Source: a virus
Virus record (IMG/VR): IMGVR_UViG_3300030493_000012
Direction: 5' to 3' (one strand)
Length of the DNA stretch: 64,000 bases
Under the pieces are notes generated by a model. The model was given only the letters and a program-made list of their open reading frames with translations, was not told the DNA's origin and did not search any database. The position numbers and the translations under genes are program-made. This document shows, piece by piece, positions 10,072 through 19,550 of this stretch (position 1 is the stretch's first letter; every line of letters begins with the position of its first letter).

Positions 10072-10393
10072 GATTTTGTTTTATTTGTTGTTTTCCGAAA
10101 ATGGTTTATTCGTGAATGCCGATAGAATACTGATTAAACGGCAAATTGCAGTTTTCCCATGCTTGGATTTGAATAAGTTTTCCAAAGCAATTGTCGTTTG
10201 AAAAGGCTAATTTTTTACCTTGCAATTGGCTGGCGCGGTTTTTGAGACTGGCAATTGATTGTTTTGCCTTATTGACTACTGAAATTTGTTTTGTACTCAT
10301 AAAATTTTGTTTCTTACTGTATTCACTTTGTATTATTTAAACCTAGAATGCAAGCTCTATTTTGGACTATTTAGGCGAAAGCAATTTTCTCAA

Positions 10394-10684
10394 TTATGAG
10401 AATAAATCAAAGGTTACATTTTCAACCTTGCAATCCCAATAATCAGACAAAATAGCTTCTGCCCGCGAAAACCACAATTCCTTATTAAAGTTAATATCAT
10501 TATCCGTCAAATCCAAATTTTGAGACTGGCCAAAAATCTCGACTTTGCCAAAATCATTCAAATTGCCCGTAACATTCACGCCAGCCATATTACAATAGGT
10601 TGAATTGCACCCAAGCAACATTGCGCTTGAATCATCTATTTGAACCAAAGGTTTTCCGCAAGCTTTACAAATTAAATTTTTCAT
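10394..10684 (-). CDS. Hypothetical protein with N-terminal CxxC
   Basis: Own promoter TTGCCA-N17-TAAGGT-N6-ATG. Confidence 0.65.
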   Translation of the reverse strand: MKNLICKACGKPLVQIDDSSAMLLGCNSTYCNMAGVNVTGNLNDFGKVEIFGQSQNLDLTDNDINFNKELWFSRAEAILSDYWDCKVENVTFDLFS

Positions 10685-10920
10685 AATTTCACCTTAAACT
10701 TTTCAAACTATCATGGCAAGGTTTATTTTAGACTATTTTTTCTCAAATTTGAGAATTAACCACAAAATCAAACTCCACTAAGTTTTTGGCCTAGTGGAGT
10801 ATCACATATATTTGACTAAATGGGCGGGCTTTTGTTTTCGTGCATATATATTTAGGCTTATTGATTTGAAAATCCGATTATTAAGGCTAGAGCAACAAAA
10901 ATCAATATCATATTTCTAGC

Positions 10921-11364
10921 CTAGGCCAAACCCGCGTTATTGTCAATCTTGTTTTGCTCAAAAATTCGGGCTTCGTTGCAAGCTGCCTTGTAAGCTTCAC
11001 AAACAAGCATAAAATCGTCAAAATTGACTTTAATCCCATAATCATCTAATGAAGCCCATGCACCGTCAAAATCATCGCCAAGCATTTTAATGCTTTCCAA
11101 GGCTAACACCCGGTTTTTGAGACTGAAATTATCATGCAAAGCTTTCCGCCATGCCGCGAATGCTGGCATCGTTGCAAGCTTTTCAGCATATTTTGCCTTG
11201 CATTTTTCAAAGTGTGCTTTCGGGTCAATTCCCGGTTTGACTTTGCCCCAAACTTTCCATCCGTGCCCGTAGTTTTTCAGGATTTTTCCATCCGCGCAGT
11301 AGCAAACTTTGTGTGTCAAACGTTCAATTTGCCCCAATTCACCATGCTTATAGATTGTTGCCAT
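10921..11364 (-). CDS. Hypothetical protein
   Basis: Own promoter TTGACA-N17-TAGTGT with A-rich leader. Confidence 0.7.
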   Translation of the reverse strand: MATIYKHGELGQIERLTHKVCYCADGKILKNYGHGWKVWGKVKPGIDPKAHFEKCKAKYAEKLATMPAFAAWRKALHDNFSLKNRVLALESIKMLGDDFDGAWASLDDYGIKVNFDDFMLVCEAYKAACNEARIFEQNKIDNNAGLA

Positions 11365-11439
11365 AATTTTTTATTTAATTTATTGTTTGCCTAACATCTA
11401 CACACTAAACTTTTGTGCTTGGTTTGTCAATATCCAAAA

Positions 11440-11724
11440 TCAGGAAAAATAAGCAACAATTTCCCAACGTCCACTGGACATTTTATACCAAACAAATTCA
11501 AGATATACCTTGCCAAGCAAAGTTTGAATTTCCCAATTTTTCCGCCCCTCATTGCCAACAAAACCAAACAAGGTTAAAGAATCATCATTCAAGGGAATAT
11601 GGTTATCAGCCAAAACTTGAACAATACCATTAAAAGACTGCCCCAAAGTCTCAAAGTAATTGTTTGTTGTGGTAAAAGGAGCAATTTCCTTATTGAGTTT
11701 TTTAACTAAAGCGTTTTTGGTCAT
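11440..11724 (-). CDS. Hypothetical protein
   Basis: Start refined to MTKNALV; C-terminal GRWEIVAYFS. Confidence 0.65.
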   Translation of the reverse strand: MTKNALVKKLNKEIAPFTTTNNYFETLGQSFNGIVQVLADNHIPLNDDSLTLFGFVGNEGRKNWEIQTLLGKVYLEFVWYKMSSGRWEIVAYFS

Positions 11725-11780
11725 AATTTTTTGTTTTTTTTCTGTCAACCTATTCGCCTTAAATTTTTTTAACTAAGCTG

Positions 11781-12134
11781 TCAATGGCAAAGATTAAAAT
11801 TTTTGAACCAAGCAAACTGTAATTTCCTCGCCTCAATTTCATGTGGCCGATTGACATAAGGCATTAAACATTCTTTACCATACCAAAACTCTTTTCCTTT
11901 ATGTATTTGCAACTTGCCCTTTAAAATTTGCAAACAATGAATATATTCATGGGCTAAGCCTATTATTTGGCTGTCTAATACTCTGCATATATTTACCCTA
12001 ATGCTTTTAGGCTGGCCGTTTTGCAAAACTAATTCTGCCACTGTACTATTTAAACTCCAATCTTTGAAAAACTCTATGGCTAAAGGCTTAATGCCAGCTT
12101 TTCGCGCAAAGTATTTGTTTGCCCTTGCCAGCAT
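11781..12134 (-). CDS. HExxH-motif metallopeptidase-like phage protein
   Basis: LAHEYIHCLQ...PYVNRPHEIEA. Confidence 0.65.
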   Translation of the reverse strand: MLARANKYFARKAGIKPLAIEFFKDWSLNSTVAELVLQNGQPKSIRVNICRVLDSQIIGLAHEYIHCLQILKGKLQIHKGKEFWYGKECLMPYVNRPHEIEARKLQFAWFKNFNLCH

Positions 12135-12311
12135 ATTAAAACAAGGCTAATGCCAAAAACAAAACAGCGACAACAAAACAGCCAATTACATCCAAAGTTA
12201 TTTCAAAGTTATGTTTCATTTATTGACAATAAACTTATTTAGCCTAAAAGTAAAGAATTATTTGAATTTATTTAGCGAGAGCAATTCTCAATTTTGAGAA
12301 TTATAGACAAC

Positions 12312-12340
12312 AAAAAGCCCAGCTTATTAGGCCGGGCTGA
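12312..12340 (-). terminator. Rho-independent terminator
   Basis: AGCCCGGC-ctaataa-GCTGGGCT followed by TTTTTG. Confidence 0.75.
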
Positions 12341-12609
12341 TTTTTTGGTTTATTTAGCTAACATTGCAAGCGGCATAAAACCGCGCAAAGTCGAATCGCG
12401 GATTAGCCTTTTTACAGGTTTCCGCCGTCAATTCTGCCTGTTTTCGGCGCTCTGCCTTATCGGCAATCTTGCTAATGTTTTCCGCAAAGAGTTTGAAGTG
12501 TTTTTTTGTCATTTTTTTATTATTGTTAAAGGTTTCTTATTACTTTTTTACTCTAAATTATTTATGCTTGGTTGTAAAGCTTTTATTTGGATTATTTCAG
12601 CGAGAGCAA

Positions 12610-13188
12610 TTAATCCATCCGGCTATCAGTATAAGCATTAATCCCGTATTTTGAAAGCACGGCGCAAAAGGCATTACAATATTTCTCTTTGCGGTCTAAG
12701 CTTTGGTTAAAATCATGGCAGGGAAAGGCCCAACCGCCATAATAGTTTTTATAACCCATTTTGTTGGCTTTCAACCATTTAGCAAAGCCAGAATTTCCCG
12801 GCTTGATAACAGCATTCGCGAATCCGCAACATCCTTCATTGACAACCCAACTTTGGACAACCGGGCTTGAATCATCCAAGGGATTGGCATGACCTTGAAC
12901 AACCATTGGGACTGGCTTGGACGCATTGCCAGCGGCTAGGCCAGCGGCATGGGCCTCATTGAATACCTTTTGATAATCAAGTTTAACGGTCAAAGTTTTG
13001 CCATTTGACTTGTCAATCCCGCCAAGCGCAATCAATTCATTTTTGACCGTAACCGGGTCATTTTGAGCGCGGGTTATAAAACCGCTGGCTTGGCCCTTGG
13101 TTAGCGTCAATTTTCTGACATCCGTTTTTGTGGCCAAATAAAGAGCAAAACTTTGGCGTGGCGTCATGTTTTCGATTGTATCAATCAT
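12610..13188 (-). CDS. Conserved phage hypothetical protein
   Basis: CGFA...FAKWLK...GG...FNQSLDRKEKY..AF..VL...GI.AYTDSRMD, a widespread phage family of unknown function. Confidence 0.75.
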   Translation of the reverse strand: MIDTIENMTPRQSFALYLATKTDVRKLTLTKGQASGFITRAQNDPVTVKNELIALGGIDKSNGKTLTVKLDYQKVFNEAHAAGLAAGNASKPVPMVVQGHANPLDDSSPVVQSWVVNEGCCGFANAVIKPGNSGFAKWLKANKMGYKNYYGGWAFPCHDFNQSLDRKEKYCNAFCAVLSKYGINAYTDSRMD

Positions 13189-13453
13189 TTTTTTGTTTTG
13201 TTAATTGTTTGCCTAACGATTTAACCTTAGTTTTTTGCGCCTAATCTGTCAATTCTAATTTTCAAGATTTTTCAGCAAGTTTTTGATGTCAATCCCAAGA
13301 CAATACAAAGAGACTTTAGCCCGCTCTTTGTTGTCGCTATTGACGCAAGATTTTAAAGTTTCAAACTCAATTCTGGCATTTTCCAGAATTTGCATAAAAA
13401 TAAGGTTATCTTTCATAATTTAAACTCTATTCTTTTTAACCTTGTTTGTCAAT

Positions 13454-13798
13454 CTAAACTTTGGAATATTTGCTTTCGTCCAAAGTAAGATGATTGTCAG
13501 TTTTGTCATTCAACCACAAAGTTTTGACAATTGCGCGATTGCCATCAGGAATCAAAGCCAGTGAAATATCTTTAGTCTCATTGTAAGACTGGCGGATAAC
13601 AACTTTCGCAACACTTTGCCCCAAAATTTCACATTCAACCACATTTTGCGCTGTTATGTCAATTTCCAGAGGGGGCTTAACTTTGCCGTATCTGTCATTC
13701 AGACAAGCTTGCAAACTATGCATGGTAAACTTGCAAACATAATGGCCCAAAGCTTTATTGACCGTGACTGGCAAACCGATTTGTTTATGATATAACAT
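13454..13798 (-). CDS. Conserved phage hypothetical protein
   Basis: HS...DRYG...VKTLWLND...H.TLD..KY; own promoter. Confidence 0.65.
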   Translation of the reverse strand: MLYHKQIGLPVTVNKALGHYVCKFTMHSLQACLNDRYGKVKPPLEIDITAQNVVECEILGQSVAKVVIRQSYNETKDISLALIPDGNRAIVKTLWLNDKTDNHLTLDESKYSKV

Positions 13799-14087
13799 AA
13801 TTTGTTTTTTTGTTATATCTAAACTTAGGCTAATTTGTTTTAATTGTCAACTTTTTATTCAAACTATTTTTGATGATTAGTTAGCGCCAACAATAAAGCC
13901 ATTGTTATAAAGATTATTAGCATAATTTATAGGCCGGAAAAGTAGTGGCGGCAGCAAAAACAAAAGTTTTACCTTGGCTAGGAACATTAGGAACCGCCGA
14001 TTGCCAGTCAAAACAATCTTTTATTTACGGGCTAATATTTGTAACCAAGGCATGGTTTTCTCATTTCTGAGAATATACCATTTGAAA

Positions 14088-14306
14088 TTATTTAATTGCT
14101 CTCGCTGTATTATTCTCAATAAACCAGTCTGGCACATTGCTAGTTTGGAATTCCAAGTGTGTATTTTTGTAGATTAGCCCAAAGCTTGCATGATTTTTGT
14201 TGGCAAACCAAATTTCTGGCTTGTTATCTTCATTAAGCAAAATGTGTTGCCCGTTGCCAATGTAACAATTGTATTTGTAGCCAGCCTGTTTTAATGTTTG
14301 CTTCAT
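14088..14306 (-). CDS. Hypothetical protein
   Basis: Own promoter TTGACA-N17-TAGGCT-N6-ATG. Confidence 0.7.
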   Translation of the reverse strand: MKQTLKQAGYKYNCYIGNGQHILLNEDNKPEIWFANKNHASFGLIYKNTHLEFQTSNVPDWFIENNTARAIK

Positions 14307-14551
14307 AGTTTTAGCCTAACTTTTCAGAACAAAAATGTCAACCTAGTTTTTGGGTAAACTTTCCAAATACTTCATTGCCCCGTTGTAAGTGTTTTGCGCC
14401 TGTTTTTCCTCGCCATTAAAACAAGGATAATAGTCACAATAACCGGCCTTGCGAGCTTTGTCAATTTGCTCGTTTTGCTCTTTTGTCAGTGATTCAAAGT
14501 TTGTTTCCATATTTTTAGTTTGTATTTTTTAGCACGGTTTGTCAAATAAAA

Positions 14552-14683
14552 TTAGTCTAAATCTTTTTTCCAATTATTTCGGTCTAATTTGGAACCTTTA
14601 CCCCTTTTAGGCTTAACCATTCTGGTTTTAAATTCTTGCATGTTGCGCCGGATTTTCCGAAAATTTTCTTTGTAATTGTGCAT
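14552..14683 (-). CDS. Small basic protein with KRGKGS motif (ArfA-like?)
   Basis: Manual translation: MHNYKENFRKIRRNMQEFKTRMVKPKRGKGSKLDRNNWKKDLD. Confidence 0.55.
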   Translation of the reverse strand: MHNYKENFRKIRRNMQEFKTRMVKPKRGKGSKLDRNNWKKDLD

Positions 14684-14721
14684 AATTTTAGTTTTAATTA
14701 TTTATACACAAAAAGCAATCT

Positions 14722-14955
14722 CTATTTGAAACAATTAGGGCAGCGATAATCTAAACGGCCATTAACAGCCCAACCAATTGGCGGTTGAATGAATTTATTC
14801 TTTAAACACTTTTCAATTTCGCCATTAAAATCATCAAGCGTCATTTTGCCAGTATTAGTGCAAATTGTGGTTGAACTATAAGCTTGAGCGCCACACTTTT
14901 TGCAAGTAACCACTGGGCAAACCTTTATTTCGGCGCTAATTAATGTTTGAATCAT
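14722..14955 (-). CDS. Small Zn-binding protein
   Basis: CKKC...CPNC. Confidence 0.6.
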   Translation of the reverse strand: MIQTLISAEIKVCPVVTCKKCGAQAYSSTTICTNTGKMTLDDFNGEIEKCLKNKFIQPPIGWAVNGRLDYRCPNCFK

Positions 14956-15363
14956 ATTTTTAGTTTTAATTTTTGCGCCTCAAATGTCAAACTTTATTAT
15001 AAGTAATTCGCCCTGTATATTCAAGCAAATTAACCATTAGCTTGCAAATCAAAATCCCAAGCAACACCCCATCACCAAAATTCAAATCCGAAATCACAAA
15101 CCAAGCTTTCCAGCCAAGGTAAAGAGAAACATAAAAATGCCAATATGCAAAAATTACTCTGTCAAGTGTGTCCATAATTCTATATTTGGTTATTTAGTCC
15201 GAAAATACAAGTTCTAATTTGGTTTATTTTAGCGAGAGCAATTAGCGACAGCCAAAAATTAAAAACAGAGTTTTGTTTTAGCTTTGTATCTCTGTTAATG
15301 CTTAACGATAACCCGGACTTTGTAAGTCTTATTACCGTCCAATTTAGGTTTGCAGCCTAAAAA

Positions 15364-15552
15364 TTAATTATCAATTGGTTGAAAAACCGTCCCGGCTGGC
15401 AACCTACTAATGTGCCTTAATCCATCATGCTCTCGGCGTTTGTTATAATACCATAACGCCTCATCTTCTTTTGTTTCCATTGGTTTATCAGAAACAATTT
15501 CTGAACATGACGACATCCAATCGGTGAGAGGAAAAATTACTTTGTATTTCAT
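15364..15552 (-). CDS. Hypothetical protein
   Basis: Own promoter TTGACA-N17-TAAATT-N6-ATG. Confidence 0.65.
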   Translation of the reverse strand: MKYKVIFPLTDWMSSCSEIVSDKPMETKEDEALWYYNKRREHDGLRHISRLPAGTVFQPIDN

Positions 15553-15590
15553 GTTTTAAATTTAAACTATTTTATTTACTTTGTCAATCT

Positions 15591-15764
15591 TTATTCCAAA
15601 ATTTTCTCTTGAATTTTAAAATTTGGAACATAGGAGGAAATTTTTCGGATTGATTTTATTTCATTGGCGACAAAATCATCTGCCTTTTTTTGGCTGTCAA
15701 AAATCCTAATCAAATACCATTCTTCATTATCGCCAGCAATGTTAAAAACGCAATAAACTTTCAT
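15591..15764 (-). CDS. Hypothetical protein
   Basis: Start refined to MKVYCV after TTGACA-N17-AATAAT-N6. Confidence 0.6.
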   Translation of the reverse strand: MKVYCVFNIAGDNEEWYLIRIFDSQKKADDFVANEIKSIRKISSYVPNFKIQEKILE

Positions 15765-15852
15765 ATTTTGATTATTGATTATTTGGCCTATGATGTCAAC
15801 AAAAAAACTGGCTAAGTTTTTATGCCTAGCCAACTTTGCGAATCTTTTACCG

Positions 15853-16545
15853 TTAAACCAGAGCCAAAGACTCTGCCCCAACCGCTTCCCAGACATTGCG
15901 AGTGTCAAGATTAGTCAAACCCTGCCACGCTCGCGCCTTGGCATTCGCGCCAGCCCCAAACTCACTACTGGCCAACTGCTTAAGCCGATTTTCCCCGCCG
16001 CTTGACTCATGACTATAAAAATCAGTCACAGCCGAAAAACAATCAAGCATAGTTTCCCCGCGATTACCAGCCCCGCGCACAAACAATTCCCCAAGCCGTT
16101 CGACAGTGTTAGTTGCACGGGTGGACAGCTTGCGCTTTTCGCCACCGGTCATAAACCCGGCAAAGATATTCTTGGCGCGGCCAGCATCGCAGGTTTCCCC
16201 GGCCAAAGTTTCCATCTTGGCTTGGAAGATTTCGCGGCCAGATTGCATTTCGATAATGGCCTTTTCAACTTCGTCCAATCGGCTGTCAATATTGGCGGTG
16301 TGCTTCAAGTAAAAATTAATGTTGTGATTTTCGGCCAGCGAAATATTCAAAGTATTCTGGCACACAACACAGGTGTTGCAATCAAACAATGACAGCCCCA
16401 TTGACCCGTCATGACTCCAAGCCGCCACCATTCGATTATTGAATTCGCGATTTGCAATGTCAAACTTATCCTTAACGCCTTCAATTTTGACCGTAACGGC
16501 ATACTTGCTACGCCCGCCACCAGTCAATATCTTTCCAGCCAACAA
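15853..16545 (-). CDS. DUF932 (TIGR03299-like) protein, apparently N-terminally truncated or frameshifted
   Basis: AWSHDGS...VVCQNTL...LKHT motifs; in-frame TAA just upstream; the promoter-linked ATG (16606) is in another frame. Confidence 0.65.
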   Translation of the reverse strand: MLAGKILTGGGRSKYAVTVKIEGVKDKFDIANREFNNRMVAAWSHDGSMGLSLFDCNTCVVCQNTLNISLAENHNINFYLKHTANIDSRLDEVEKAIIEMQSGREIFQAKMETLAGETCDAGRAKNIFAGFMTGGEKRKLSTRATNTVERLGELFVRGAGNRGETMLDCFSAVTDFYSHESSGGENRLKQLASSEFGAGANAKARAWQGLTNLDTRNVWEAVGAESLALV

Positions 16546-16881
16546 AATTAAATGGCCTAACGCCGCTTGTTACTTCAATGACGAAAAAAGTGTTTTTGGT
16601 TTCCATGTTTCTATATTTACCTATTTGAGCGGCCAAGTCAACTAAAAATCAATCTATTTTTAATCGGCGGCAGCCAAGTATTTCTTCAAAACCTCTGCTC
16701 TTTTCTTATACAAACCATCCAAAACAATCTCTTGCCTTGCCATTTCAGCCTCTAAATTGATTATTTCAACACTCAAATTCTCATGTTCATCAGCCAAGAT
16801 GTTTTTTTTGTTAAAAGTATATGTTTTGTCCATACTTTTATAATTAACTAAAAAAACACGAAAATCAAGAAAAAACTTAGT

Positions 16882-17274
16882 TTATTTTGCTTTTTTAAGC
16901 TCTTTTTGAACTTTTAGCCAGTAATTTTGTGTTAAATGCTTCTTTTTTGCAAAATTTGGGCCTGAATTCCAACATCGGGCCATGCTTTCAAAGTCCTGTA
17001 TTTTAACAGATTGTGGACAATACCTATTAAGATAAGCCTCCATTACTTTTACAGAGTAGGCTAAGTTAGTACATTGAATATAAGAGCCGCTAATTTTAGA
17101 ATCAATCCAACAATTTTTGCTAATCATCAGTGGGCCTAATGACATTTTTGAATCCCCATATATTAGCCCAACTTTACCAGAACTTTCAACTTGATGAATA
17201 GCTTGGACAAACTTTGCTGGCAAAGCCGCGTTTGTATTTAAAGCCAAAATAATGGGGATTAGGTATTTAAGCAT
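16882..17274 (-). CDS. Lysozyme-like / transglycosylase with N-terminal signal or anchor sequence
   Basis: AIHQVESSG...GD...LGPLMIS...ARCWNSGP...YWLKV; start refined to ATG 17274. Confidence 0.65.
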   Translation of the reverse strand: MLKYLIPIILALNTNAALPAKFVQAIHQVESSGKVGLIYGDSKMSLGPLMISKNCWIDSKISGSYIQCTNLAYSVKVMEAYLNRYCPQSVKIQDFESMARCWNSGPNFAKKKHLTQNYWLKVQKELKKAK

Positions 17275-17359
17275 AATTTTGTAAGAATTGGCGACAGCCC
17301 AAACCAAGCTATCAGCGTTTTTAGAGGCTTTAGACTCTTTGCAACCTTTTTATTAAAAA

Positions 17360-17628
17360 TAAGAATAAAGAAAAGTGTCGCACATTCATCCTACTTTCTT
17401 TTATTTCCTTCTGGAACACCAAGGTTAACTCGCTTTGTGCAAGTCGGCTTGGTAAGAAAGCTCCAGCGACCTATCATTATTGACGGCTAGACAGCTAATC
17501 CAGCTAGTAATTTAATTCAGGTTTTCTTCCCTAGGTTATTTTGCCAGTGTGCTACACTGAATTGTTTAACCTTTCACTTTTTCTCTATTCTTGCGGTTGC
17601 AAGCCGCTTTACTTTGATTGCTCTCGCT
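17360..17628 (-). ncRNA. Candidate structured non-coding RNA
   Basis: Starts at +1 of TTGACT-N17-TAGTAT (promoter about 17635-17663); no ORF; nested helices. Confidence 0.45.
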
Positions 17629-17675
17629 AACTAAATACTAAATTAAACAAACACCAAAGTCAAATTTTATTTCTA

Positions 17676-17776
17676 AAAAAGGTCTGACGGTCTCAGGTCG
17701 CTCAGCTTGAATAGCAAGGATTCAAACGCTGCCCTCAATGAACCGCCAGATTGTTAAGAGCCGGGAAGGCTCGCAA
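17676..17776 (-). ncRNA. Candidate small structured RNA with intrinsic terminator
   Basis: Promoter TTGACT-N17-TAATCT; stems GAGCC/GGCTC, TCTGGCGGT/ACCGTCAGA and GTTTGAAT/ATTCAAGC; T-run. Confidence 0.45.
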
Positions 17777-17795
17777 CATCCTAAGATTAAGTTTT

Positions 17796-18137
17796 TTAAC
17801 TGAAAAAGTCAACAATTTTCTTTGCCAAACTGAAAAAGTCAAAACTAGCCTTTTCTTCCATCCTGCCCAAAGCTATTTTCACTCCAGTCTTATAGCAGAA
17901 ATTGTCCATTTTGGAGCAAACAGCAGACCCGACAAACCTACCTTGCGGGCCATCCAATTCAATGATTGTCAAGCCGCCCTTTGGATGTCGGCGCTTGCCA
18001 TCCAAATCCTTAATAGGCTCAACTTTTTGCCTCTTGACAATCGGAACGCCGAAATTGGCATAACGATAGTGCTTTACGCGAACCTTATAACCTTTTTGGC
18101 GCAGGCTCTGGATTGATTCACTTGATAGGTTGGGCAT
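17796..18137 (-). CDS. Conserved phage hypothetical protein
   Basis: PKGGLT...AVCSKMDNFCYKTG..IALGR; own leaderless promoter. Confidence 0.7.
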   Translation of the reverse strand: MPNLSSESIQSLRQKGYKVRVKHYRYANFGVPIVKRQKVEPIKDLDGKRRHPKGGLTIIELDGPQGRFVGSAVCSKMDNFCYKTGVKIALGRMEEKASFDFFSLAKKIVDFFS

Positions 18138-18154
18138 ATTCTTATATTAGGTTT

Positions 18155-18403
18155 TTATTTATTGTTTGTCAAATTAAAAAGCTCAAAATCAAAATAAACT
18201 CTGCATTTGCCATCTCCTATCATTTCTTCATACAATTCGCCTATTTTTTGACGCAAATTATTTAGATATAAATTTTCTTCTTGTGGTTCGCCGTCAAATA
18301 CTGATAAATCTATGCTTGTGGACAATTCAAAATGAGAAGAGAAAAGACCCACTGATGGGTCATTGGGAAATTCAATATAGATTTTTTCAATTGTGCGTGT
18401 CAT
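18155..18403 (-). CDS. Hypothetical protein
   Basis: Own promoter; C-terminus LTNNK encoded by the next promoter. Confidence 0.65.
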   Translation of the reverse strand: MTRTIEKIYIEFPNDPSVGLFSSHFELSTSIDLSVFDGEPQEENLYLNNLRQKIGELYEEMIGDGKCRVYFDFELFNLTNNK

Positions 18404-18434
18404 GTTTCTATATTTGATTATTTAACCAGAATTG

Positions 18435-18662
18435 TCAAGCAGAATATAAAACAACCAATCTCTTTACAATCTCCTTATTAATAGCATAATTACCGGCGCG
18501 GGTAAAATTCAGATTAACTTTTTTGGCTTTTCCATCTTCCAAAATAAACACACTTCCAGTTTGGCCGCTTAACCAGTTATTTATTTCGGCCTCAGCTTTC
18601 AAAAGAGGAAAATCTTTTAAGGCAAAATCAGATTGAAAATTTATTACTGGCGTTCGCGGCAT
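18435..18662 (-). CDS. Hypothetical protein
   Basis: Own promoter; TGA stop inside the next -35 box. Confidence 0.65.
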   Translation of the reverse strand: MPRTPVINFQSDFALKDFPLLKAEAEINNWLSGQTGSVFILEDGKAKKVNLNFTRAGNYAINKEIVKRLVVLYSA

Positions 18663-18693
18663 AATCCTATATTAAGCCAATTAAACGAAAGAA

Positions 18694-18897
18694 TCAAGTT
18701 TTAAAATACAAACTTTGGTATTTTGTGGTTTCATTCAGGCCATCATAATAACCTTGCCAATAAGCTCTAATTAAAGGATTAATATCATCAAGCCCAAATT
18801 GCATTTTGCGCCGGTTAGCAAAACAGAGCATATCAGAATCATCATGCACATAACCACTGGCAAACCCGGCTCTATATTCTTTCTGTATCTTTGTCAT
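18694..18897 (-). CDS. Hypothetical protein
   Basis: Own promoter TTGACT-N17-TAGGTT-N6-ATG. Confidence 0.65.
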   Translation of the reverse strand: MTKIQKEYRAGFASGYVHDDSDMLCFANRRKMQFGLDDINPLIRAYWQGYYDGLNETTKYQSLYFKT

Positions 18898-18928
18898 GCT
18901 TTAAACCTAATCTTTTCGGAAAACAAAG

Positions 18929-19177
18929 TCAATTATAAGTATTAATTGTTTGCATAGCCGCAACGCCTCTTTCCATCTTTTGTTCAATGCCATTGGTATC
19001 AAAGACTTTGATAAAACGCGGATAAGCTGAACCTTGTGATTTAAGATTTTGCGTCAATTGAAACCACAGGCTAAAAATAGCTTTACGCGAGCCAAAAACT
19101 TCAAAATGATTCTCGCTTTCAAACATTGACTCAGTTGTATCTGATGCTTCTGTATATTGGAGCTTGAAAATATTCAT
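18929..19177 (-). CDS. Hypothetical protein
   Basis: Own promoter with 19-nt leader. Confidence 0.65.
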   Translation of the reverse strand: MNIFKLQYTEASDTTESMFESENHFEVFGSRKAIFSLWFQLTQNLKSQGSAYPRFIKVFDTNGIEQKMERGVAAMQTINTYN

Positions 19178-19227
19178 AATTGCTATTTCTAATTAAAGAT
19201 TAGACTATTTTTACAAGCTTGTCAAAT

Positions 19228-19260
19228 AAAAAAATACCAAGTTTGCTGTCCTTGGTATCG
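19228..19260 (-). terminator. Rho-independent terminator
   Basis: ATACCAAG-gacagcaaa-CTTGGTAT followed by T-run. Confidence 0.7.
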
Positions 19261-19274
19261 CATCCAACAACAAA

Positions 19275-19550
19275 TTAGCTAACCTTAATCCATTCGCCGC
19301 CCCACGGCTGGCCATTCAAATACCATTGATAATTCTTTTGGTAAATTGAAACTCCAAATATAGCATTAAGCCGCTCTTTGGTGGTATTGCTAAACCAGCC
19401 AGCGTTGGTTATCCAAATATCTTTGTTACACCATTTGGCGATTTTATTGCCATGCAAATAAAGAGCTTGGCCATCACTTACTGTATTTCCCAAAGACTTG
19501 GCTTGACGGCTATTAAAAGCTCCCACTATCTTGTCTGTAATTTTGCGCAT
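19275..19550 (-). CDS. Conserved phage hypothetical protein
   Basis: YLHGNKIA...ITNAGW...TTKERLNA, a recurrent phage family. Confidence 0.7.
   Translation of the reverse strand: MRKITDKIVGAFNSRQAKSLGNTVSDGQALYLHGNKIAKWCNKDIWITNAGWFSNTTKERLNAIFGVSIYQKNYQWYLNGQPWGGEWIKVS

Noticed and set aside
13454-13798. BECR/RelE-like toxin assignment
   Set aside because: The resemblance (H...DR, VKT.W) is too weak to call without a profile search.
17690-17765. SRP (4.5S) RNA
   Set aside because: The conserved CAGG-UCC-GRAA-GGA-AGCAG domain is absent.
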